NCBI GenBank assembly: GCA_048882505.1
Contig: JBHLRO010000030.1
Coordinates: 3,540-35,539 of the forward strand
Length of the DNA stretch: 32,000 bases
Reading direction: 5' to 3'
Source: Candidatus Thorarchaeota archaeon
Lineage (GTDB): Archaea; Asgardarchaeota; Heimdallarchaeia; Hodarchaeales; Hodarchaeaceae
A program made the translations under genes and the position numbers. The notes beneath the pieces were generated by a model. The model worked only from the letters and a program-made list of their open reading frames with translations. It ran no database searches and was not told the DNA's origin. Below, piece after piece: positions 25,842 to 32,000 of this stretch (its first letter is position 1; each line of letters begins with the position of its first letter).

Positions 25842-25981
25842 CTCATTAATCACCTAAGAATATCTTCGGGTAAGAGCTACCCAAGTCAGATTCTAACCTC
25901 TTCCACCTACTTAGCATTATTAAAGATGTATGTAATTAAAATCCGCAATTTTGTTCCTAAGAAAGGGTTTGGCGAGTGTAT

Positions 25982-27613
25982 TTAGCCACGGCGCCATTTC
26001 TTACGCGTAAGAACCACCAAAGCTAGAACAACAGTTATGTTTGGCCATAATTGGAATGATGTGATCTGCCCATTGGATGATAGGTTCGAAGGCGGAGAGT
26101 CCTTGATTGCGTATTGAAGAGAACTAAACGCAAATGGAGTGCCTGCCCATGATGGTAATCTGAATTCACGGTTATACAGAGCATCTGTAAGATACAGATT
26201 AGATAGGTGATAAAGTTCGTCACTCGTTAGAGAACTTACATTTGAGTTCTCAACAAATCGTTTAATACTATCTACAATCAAATGCCTAACCAAGGATGTC
26301 TCTTGGGAGAAGAGCTCGGCACCTGCAAAACCGATATGTTGGTTAAATGCAATAGTTTTCGTAACAGCGGGGACAAATGATTCTGAACCAACTTCGTTTT
26401 CTCTTTGAACAACGTAGTCACGACCTGTAACGGGAGTTGACGTAAGGAGAATACCATCATGAATAATGTCGACCGCTTCTGTAATTGGGAAATCCGCTTC
26501 ATTGAGTGCGGATACAGTCTTATTTTGGTCATCAATTTCTATTTGAATGTCCTCTAATGGGTTAATGTCGTTAAAAATACCAACATTGTGACCCGTAAGG
26601 AGGGAAAGCGAAATTTCGGGGAATAGATCCAATCGGGTCTGGATATCGGAGCCTTTATACCAGGAGATGGTTTCGTTGATTGTGAAGAGCTGATTGTAGG
26701 TCTTTTCAATTTTACCTTGGGTAGAATTTGTCCAGATCGGTTCTGCAGGTAGTTCTTCATTTATTATCAAATTCGTCACTCTTCCAATTGAAACATCACT
26801 AATCGTTTCTACACCCTCAATTTCATATGAAGTATATTTTCTGATGGTTAAGGAGAAAGTTATGTTTTCGAACTGAACCAACAGAAACTTATTAGCAATA
26901 CCCACTACTGAAACTTGGCTAAAATCTATGTTCTCCGTTTGAAACAAATAGGTGATGTTTGAGTACGTCATATCTATTCGTACTCCCAATGGCAGTTCCT
27001 CCATTTCGACCAAGAGCGTACTGGATGTATCAGTCGAAAAATTACCACCATAAAGAGATTCTAGGAATTCTAGAGGAACATTCCCGTATCCCAGTTGGTA
27101 GTGAGCCGGATTAAATCCAGATCCATTAATCTTAAGGGCTATGCCTAGAAAATCCTGTGTGATGACAAAATCTTGCCCCGATGGGAGTTCGAAGTGGTGT
27201 AAATATTTGACATAGGGGACAGTAGAAGTCACTTTTAATGAATCAATCAGAGGATGCGTTCGTTTAACCTTCTCCAAGGCTAGGACAGTAGATTGGATGC
27301 TTGGAGTTTGGTGGACGACCATAGAGACGATATTATCCTCATCAAGATCTGGATCGCTGGTATCATTGAAGGGCTGGTGGGTAAATAAGTTTTGCTTGAG
27401 GTAAATTGCCTCATCAATGGAGGTCTCTTGTACATTATTGAAGTCAAATTCTACCCCAAACAAACTTTGTCCATCGAAGAAAGGATTGAGCTGGGAGAAA
27501 ACATAATTGTTACTTTCGGCTACTGCCGTGGTATTACCCGTCCAAATAAGTCCAAAAAAGAAAATGCCGGATAATCCCAGAATGAGAAGGAAGGTTTGAG
27601 AATGTTTGATTAT
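25982..27613 (-). CDS. Secreted cell-surface protein, paralog of 24084-25841; probable non-canonical ATA start
   Basis: The frame is open 50 codons upstream of the ORF-track start (27463) and adds a signal peptide (IIKHSQTFLLILGLSGIFFFGLIWTGNTTAVA|ES). Shared blocks with the neighbour: ALEK, VPYVKYLHHF/APFQQLVQHW, YSNITYLFQ/YTNLFVLWQ, LPSWAG/FPEWYG. C-terminal ITSF+TM+RKKWRRG. Confidence 0.75.
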   Translation of the reverse strand: MIKHSQTFLLILGLSGIFFFGLIWTGNTTAVAESNNYVFSQLNPFFDGQSLFGVEFDFNNVQETSIDEAIYLKQNLFTHQPFNDTSDPDLDEDNIVSMVVHQTPSIQSTVLALEKVKRTHPLIDSLKVTSTVPYVKYLHHFELPSGQDFVITQDFLGIALKINGSGFNPAHYQLGYGNVPLEFLESLYGGNFSTDTSSTLLVEMEELPLGVRIDMTYSNITYLFQTENIDFSQVSVVGIANKFLLVQFENITFSLTIRKYTSYEIEGVETISDVSIGRVTNLIINEELPAEPIWTNSTQGKIEKTYNQLFTINETISWYKGSDIQTRLDLFPEISLSLLTGHNVGIFNDINPLEDIQIEIDDQNKTVSALNEADFPITEAVDIIHDGILLTSTPVTGRDYVVQRENEVGSESFVPAVTKTIAFNQHIGFAGAELFSQETSLVRHLIVDSIKRFVENSNVSSLTSDELYHLSNLYLTDALYNREFRLPSWAGTPFAFSSLQYAIKDSPPSNLSSNGQITSFQLWPNITVVLALVVLTRKKWRRG

Positions 27614-29128
27614 CTAGCTTACCTCCAAGTAATCCTTTAACCACGTCAGGTGCTTTGATCCAATTGTATATGAAGATCTCTTCTGGTCCTTTATAATAAT
27701 TATGACCCCTAACTCCGATAATTTCTTTATGTGATGTTGTACGCTTGAATGGTGGGCATTGATCTCGTTAGAAAGCTGTGATAACGACATTGGCTTACGT
27801 TTATCCATTAATGTGCGACACAGCTCTCTTGAAAGATTGCTTTTCAAGGCTAAGGCCAATTCCGAGGTTTGCGGTGATTTTTCTCCGAGAATGTAGAAGA
27901 TATGATAACGTCCAACCTTCTCATGCGTGACGAAGTTAAAATCATCTAAGGCCTGGAGGTGCCATAGCAGTGATGAGATTCCGCATCCGATTTCTCTCTG
28001 AATCTCCCGTAAATGGGCTCCTTGTTCCCCTTTCTCCTCTAGATACTCCATTATTTGTGCCCTGAGTTCGTTATCGAGTAATTCATCTTCAGTCATCCTT
28101 CGACGTTGAGGTGAGTAGGTCACGTGTGCGATGAAGAAAAATGTACCCAAAAGCGCACCAACAATAACGTCACGACTCTTCGACATGAGTCCTGTTTGTA
28201 CCAATAAAACAAAGCCGATAATGGCTGCTCCACCAAGAACCGCCAGTCCGACAAGCTGTTCCAGTCCACCAAACTCTATTAGAGCGTTATTTCCATTGGA
28301 AGAGGGCCTCACGGTCAAGAGCGCGGTCTGTTGCAATATTGAAACAATTTCTGGTTCAGTAACCCTCCCGTTTGAATTCAGGAGGAAAAAGTTGGATCCA
28401 ATGGAACTCTCTTGAACTTCTAGAGCAAAACTCCCAATTACCACTCGCGGGCCGTCCATCCAAATTCCTGAATGAAAACCGTCAAATATTGATTCGAAGG
28501 GTTCAGGCTTGGGAATTTCCGCCAAGAGTCGAGTACGATTACTGAGCGCAACCCAAGCTGAGCTGCCAGGGAATTCAAGATTGGTTTGGGATGAATTGAT
28601 GTTTAATAGAGACATTTGAGCTTCGTCAAGTTGAATATTTAGATTGTCATAAGAACCGTCAAGTGGATACACAACGGGTGCGGTGGCGGTAATTCCAAGC
28701 TGATTAAGGATCTGAAGGGGCGTGGTATGTAAAAATCGATTTAGTATAAAGACTCCTCTTCCCGATTCTTTCCACAGCCTTATATTCACGGGCAATTTGA
28801 TTGGCAAGGGCTGATCATTGATCCACCAGATTGCGCCGACGCTCTCATTTTGAAAGAGGAATGAGCTATTGGAAAAGAGGTGCTCAATATCATAATAGGT
28901 CGCTTGTCGCCCAGAATCGGCCACTAAGCTTTCACCCAATGATTTGTCCTTAAAAGACCCGTAAAATATCGCAATCTTTTCTAAATCAGAGAAGTTTTGC
29001 TCTGTCCTAGCAAATAGCCCCGTTCCAAGACTAGAAAAGAGAATTCCCCAAAAAACTAGAAAAAAGAAAACGATATGAATTATCGGGGCTCTTACTTCCA
29101 ACTTCATGATTTCGCTACCCATTTTCAA
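27614..29128 (-). CDS. Membrane-anchored transcription regulator: extracellular domain, two TM helices, tandem C-terminal wHTH (COG3398-like)
   Basis: N-terminal hydrophobic signal, about 260 aa ectodomain, TM segments LVGLAVLGGAAIIGFVLLV and VIVGALLGTFFFIA. Then LDNELRAQIMEYL...HLREIQREIGCGISSLLWHLQAL and LSQLSNEINAHHSSVQHHIKKL. The start may be ATG 29122 or 29107. Confidence 0.8.
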   Translation of the reverse strand: MKMGSEIMKLEVRAPIIHIVFFFLVFWGILFSSLGTGLFARTEQNFSDLEKIAIFYGSFKDKSLGESLVADSGRQATYYDIEHLFSNSSFLFQNESVGAIWWINDQPLPIKLPVNIRLWKESGRGVFILNRFLHTTPLQILNQLGITATAPVVYPLDGSYDNLNIQLDEAQMSLLNINSSQTNLEFPGSSAWVALSNRTRLLAEIPKPEPFESIFDGFHSGIWMDGPRVVIGSFALEVQESSIGSNFFLLNSNGRVTEPEIVSILQQTALLTVRPSSNGNNALIEFGGLEQLVGLAVLGGAAIIGFVLLVQTGLMSKSRDVIVGALLGTFFFIAHVTYSPQRRRMTEDELLDNELRAQIMEYLEEKGEQGAHLREIQREIGCGISSLLWHLQALDDFNFVTHEKVGRYHIFYILGEKSPQTSELALALKSNLSRELCRTLMDKRKPMSLSQLSNEINAHHSSVQHHIKKLSELGVIIIIKDQKRSSYTIGSKHLTWLKDYLEVS

Positions 29129-29198
29129 ATGCAGTTTACTTCGACATATTATTACCAGGCTAGAGCTAAAAAGCTTTCTTCAATTGGAGGTCAACTGG

Positions 29199-29708
29199 AT
29201 GTCTGATCCCTTATTTAACTACTATCTTGCTGTTCCATGGAAGGCCGATTATGTACGAAGTAAAAAAGATCCGAATCGATGTATTCTCTGTGAAATTTCC
29301 CAAAAAAGGAGTTCAGAAGATTCGTGGGAAGTTTTCCGTGATGACAAAGTAATTGTCTTGCTCAATAAATTTCCATATACCCCGGGTCATCTTTTAATCG
29401 CACCATTGGAACATTTTGAAGAGTTTACCGACCTACCTCAAGTCTTGATAACTCGTCTAACGTTAATACTACAACGATCGGTCCTTCTTCTAAATCGTAC
29501 TCACTCTCCCATGGGATTCAATGTGGGACTTAATCTGGGTGATGCAGCCGGCGGGAGTATTAGACACATACATTGGCATGTTGTCCCACGCTACAGAGGT
29601 GATCTGAATTTTATGGATATCCTAAGGACAAGAACGTTGATCGAGACTCTAGATGAGACCCTCGCAAAATTACAAAAACACAGCCAGTTACTCGCGGGAT
29701 CCCCCTAG
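29199..29708 (+). CDS. HIT-family nucleotide hydrolase/phosphorylase (Ap4A phosphorylase-like)
   Basis: CILC, LNKFPYTPGHLLIAP, GFNVGLNLGDAAGGSIRHIHWHVVPR (HxHxH). GGAGGT precedes ATG 29199; the ORF-track start 29106 overlaps the divergent gene. Confidence 0.93.
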   Translation: MSDPLFNYYLAVPWKADYVRSKKDPNRCILCEISQKRSSEDSWEVFRDDKVIVLLNKFPYTPGHLLIAPLEHFEEFTDLPQVLITRLTLILQRSVLLLNRTHSPMGFNVGLNLGDAAGGSIRHIHWHVVPRYRGDLNFMDILRTRTLIETLDETLAKLQKHSQLLAGSP

Positions 29709-30022
29709 TTTATATTAAAAGAAGATGTTGGCTCCAAATCTCTTTGACAGTTTATCAACTATAATCTTATAACAGGGAGAAAAGACGGGGTACCTTGAAA
29801 GGCCAGTTATGAATCGTTGGTTTATTGAAATAATTTAAATATTCAATTATTGAGGGCAAGATAGGGCTTTTCGGACTATTCATTTGAGGCCCCTTATATA
29901 GAACACCCACCATCATCCTAGTGTAGAGCATTTTGAATATTTCCATCTGCTCCATTAGGTGTAAGGAAACCAAAATCCCTATATCACCTTTCACATAAGA
30001 TTCTATGGAGGAATCGCTAGAA

Positions 30023-30460
30023 ATGAAACTGATTCGAAATATACCAAAAAAACGGCGGGCTGTAAGCCCGATTCTAGCCGCAATACTCTTGATTGGGCTT
30101 GCTATAACAGCCGGGGCGGTCCTTTTCGTCGTTGTTCTCCCGTTGATAACGGCTCCTGGAAGTGGAGTCGTTTTTGATTCGGGAACAACTGAGCTTACAG
30201 CTAATTCGGTTCACGTTGTGCTCAGAAACGAAGGATCCGAAATAGTAACAGTCACAGGCATTAGTGTAAAAAATGGTACAGATACGGCCGCTATTAATAC
30301 CACATTCAACTCCTTTTCAATCGGTGTAGGACAGGGGGCCATCAAAGACTACACTTTCGCAACGGGCCTTTCGTCCGGGCCTTACACCATAGAAGCGACA
30401 TACTATATTGGAACAGATACGACAAACACAGGAACCGCAACTCTGAACACAAACATCTGA
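30023..30460 (+). CDS. Archaeal type IV pilin / archaellin-like protein with class III signal peptide
   Basis: KKRRA|VSPILAAILLIGLAITAGAVLF (PibD/FlaK-type cleavage site plus hydrophobic helix), followed by a small beta-rich Thr/Ser-rich domain. GGAGG precedes ATG 30023. Confidence 0.88.
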   Translation: MKLIRNIPKKRRAVSPILAAILLIGLAITAGAVLFVVVLPLITAPGSGVVFDSGTTELTANSVHVVLRNEGSEIVTVTGISVKNGTDTAAINTTFNSFSIGVGQGAIKDYTFATGLSSGPYTIEATYYIGTDTTNTGTATLNTNI

Positions 30461-30502
30461 ATAGGAAAATAAACCACCTCATGTTTCCTATTTTTATTTA
30501 TT
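30460..30502 (+). terminator. Hairpin plus T-tract downstream of the pilin gene
   Basis: ATAGGAAA (30461-68) pairs with TTTCCTAT (30484-91), followed by TTTTATTTATTT, between convergent genes. Confidence 0.55.
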
Positions 30503-30570
30503 TCATTCCAGACTCTCACGATCATGTGAAGGAATATATTACAAGTTCAGTGTAATGTCCACATATGTCC

Positions 30571-31032
30571 CTATTTGAACTGTACATTGGCCGCCCGACT
30601 TCTCACATACTTATTAAAGACCATTTTCCCATCAGTCAAAACGCTACTTAAATTCCTACCAAATTCGGACCAGTATTTGATAAGCGACTGTCGTTCTTGC
30701 CGAGTCTTGACCATTTCAGGGGAGAGGAAAAACGAGATCTCAAAACCTTCTTCTGGAGTTTTCATTACCGTGAGGTGACGATCAGAATTGCGAGCCAGCT
30801 CGGTACGCATTCGATCGAAAATAAACTGCTCAACAGGGTCGTTAATTGCGATTTTCAAGGAAACGACGGCAGAATTACCGTGTCGAATTACTTCCCCATT
30901 TTCAAAAGGGATTACCTCTCGTGGTACCCCCTTACAACACTCATCATCTGGTTCCATAACGCAAATTGGCTCTCTTCCTCCGCTTTTACAATCTAGTGGC
31001 TCTAAAATCAAATCCGTCTCTGATAATGGCAA
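30571..31032 (-). CDS. ARPC4 (Arp2/3 complex p20 subunit)-like protein
   Basis: NSAVVSLKIAINDPVEQFIFDRMRTELARNSDRHLTVMKTPEEGFEISFFL...GKMVFNKYVRSRA aligns by eye with human ARPC4 [51 protein letters not shown]...MKLSVNARARIVA. Confidence 0.78.
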   Translation of the reverse strand: MPLSETDLILEPLDCKSGGREPICVMEPDDECCKGVPREVIPFENGEVIRHGNSAVVSLKIAINDPVEQFIFDRMRTELARNSDRHLTVMKTPEEGFEISFFLSPEMVKTRQERQSLIKYWSEFGRNLSSVLTDGKMVFNKYVRSRAANVQFK

Positions 31033-31184
31033 CTAATGCTCACCCAATATACTAGCAACTTGTAATTGGGGAATGGTCTCTCTCTATTTACAGCTTGCTA
31101 ATGGACGGGACAAGAAAAAGGGCCTCGCATTATTCGTAAAACGCCCATTGGATTGAAATATTGATAGAAATACGCCAACAAATA

Positions 31185-31613
31185 TCAAAAATCGCGCAGA
31201 TTGAGCATTTTCTTACGGGTGGAGGTAATGAGATAGTGCATCAAACCGAGCTTCACGCTTGGTTCTGTTATTAGAACTAATATTGCACCTTCCACCTTAG
31301 AAAGTAATCCTAGACCTTGTGGTGTTTGAACATGGATGAAATCGATTTCTGTACCAAGATTAAGTTGGATGCAAGCACTAGAAAACGTACTAAATATTCC
31401 TGCAACCATAGCTGAAGCTAAGGTCTCCACTTCATCACTTATGGGTTTTGTTTTGGCACATAAGATGGGAAATCCTTCTTCACTTACTAAAAGAGCTTTT
31501 CTCACTCCTTGAACGGCCCCAAGTCCATCTAAGATACGTTGGACACGGGTCATTGATGAATTTTCATCCTCTGGTTTGCCGGCAAGTTGATCATAAAGCG
31601 CCAATATAATCAC
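31185..31613 (-). CDS. Roadblock/LC7 (MglB-like) domain protein
   Basis: VQGVRKALLVSEEGFPI...TLASAMVAGIFST...IHVQTPQGLGLL...LVLITEPSVKLGLM. The start may be ATG 31553. Confidence 0.88.
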   Translation of the reverse strand: MIILALYDQLAGKPEDENSSMTRVQRILDGLGAVQGVRKALLVSEEGFPILCAKTKPISDEVETLASAMVAGIFSTFSSACIQLNLGTEIDFIHVQTPQGLGLLSKVEGAILVLITEPSVKLGLMHYLITSTRKKMLNLRDF

Positions 31614-31827
31614 ACACTGAGCTAGGTAGGGTAATGGAATTGATTACCTCTCAGGTAGTATTCAACATATTGGTATATAAAAACCAAAATTCTTGGATTG
31701 CATTTGTCTCAGAATCATGGAACATCAACACACAAAAAACCGAGAAAAGACCGTCACTCGTGGTAAGTCAGAGAATAATTTATTATTCGGTCATCATATC
31801 GGGCTATTAACCGATGAGGTAACCCCA

Positions 31828-32000
31828 ATGAGTGAAACGATACGTATGCAGCGCTGTAATCCTTGTCAGGTCGCGGTTATGCCTAGTGAACATGGAACCA
31901 CGCGTTTTCCGTGCCCAAACTGTGGGATGATTCCAATTATCCGGTGTGAACGCTGTCGTCAGCTGGGTAATCGGTATACGTGTCCGAATTGCGGGTTCAC
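31828..32000 (+). CDS. DUF1610 (HVO_2753-type) small zinc-finger protein; runs off the window edge
   Basis: Not in the ORF track. Manual translation: MSETIRMQRCNPCQVAVMPSEHGTTRFPCPNCGMIPIIRCERCRQLGNRYTCPNCGF, four CxxC motifs. RBS GAGGT at 31816-31820. Confidence 0.9.
   Translation, partial: MSETIRMQRCNPCQVAVMPSEHGTTRFPCPNCGMIPIIRCERCRQLGNRYTCPNCGF

Noticed and set aside
27614-27616. Pyrrolysine-type recoding of the TAG between the regulator and the surface-protein gene
   Set aside because: No pyl genes are in the window, a strong RBS sits at the right spacing for independent initiation, and a fusion would place a signal peptide after a cytoplasmic DNA-binding domain.
29767-29994. 75-aa minus-strand ORF upstream of the pilin gene
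   Set aside because: No motif or clear RBS; probably promoter DNA.
1-32000. CRISPR arrays, transposases, integrases, 16S/23S rRNA
   Set aside because: I saw no regularly spaced repeats, mobile-element genes or large-rRNA signatures on either strand.

Overview
A ~41% GC archaeal chromosomal region, most likely from an Asgard archaeon (Heimdallarchaeia/Hodarchaeales-like). That assignment is inferred from an ARPC4-like protein, two longin-domain fusions and a roadblock protein. Contents in order: (i) a minus-strand proteostasis operon, hsp20-cdc48-PAC2-Phr-like regulator-tmcA, with a Phr-type operator upstream; (ii) a DUF62 SAM hydrolase, two paralogous coiled-coil+wHTH proteins, an AmmeMemoRadiSam radical SAM enzyme, a JAMM protease, a beta-CASP RNase, an NfeD-like protein and tRNA-Val(CAC); (iii) a MutS5-like protein and an SNM1/Apollo-like nuclease; (iv) MptE, PTPS-III and TrxB; (v) a HerA-longin fusion converging on a polytopic membrane protein with a longin domain; (vi) a membrane-anchored wHTH regulator followed by two paralogous sortase-type surface proteins; (vii) HIT, pilin, ARPC4-like, roadblock and DUF1610 genes. 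The standout is at 15517-15702, a region the ORF track does not explain: a 5S rRNA gene that is circularly permuted. Its 3' half precedes its 5' half and the native ends are joined by a 5-nt loop capping helix I. It also carries a 30-nt intron in loop C. Two adjacent bulge-helix-bulge-like motifs, cut at the standard BHB positions and ligated, restore the canonical 5S sequence CAUUCCGAA|CCCGGAA|GUUAAG and predict a 119-nt circular 5S rRNA. No mobile element, integrase or CRISPR array was seen. All protein identifications come from motif recognition by eye, not database searches.
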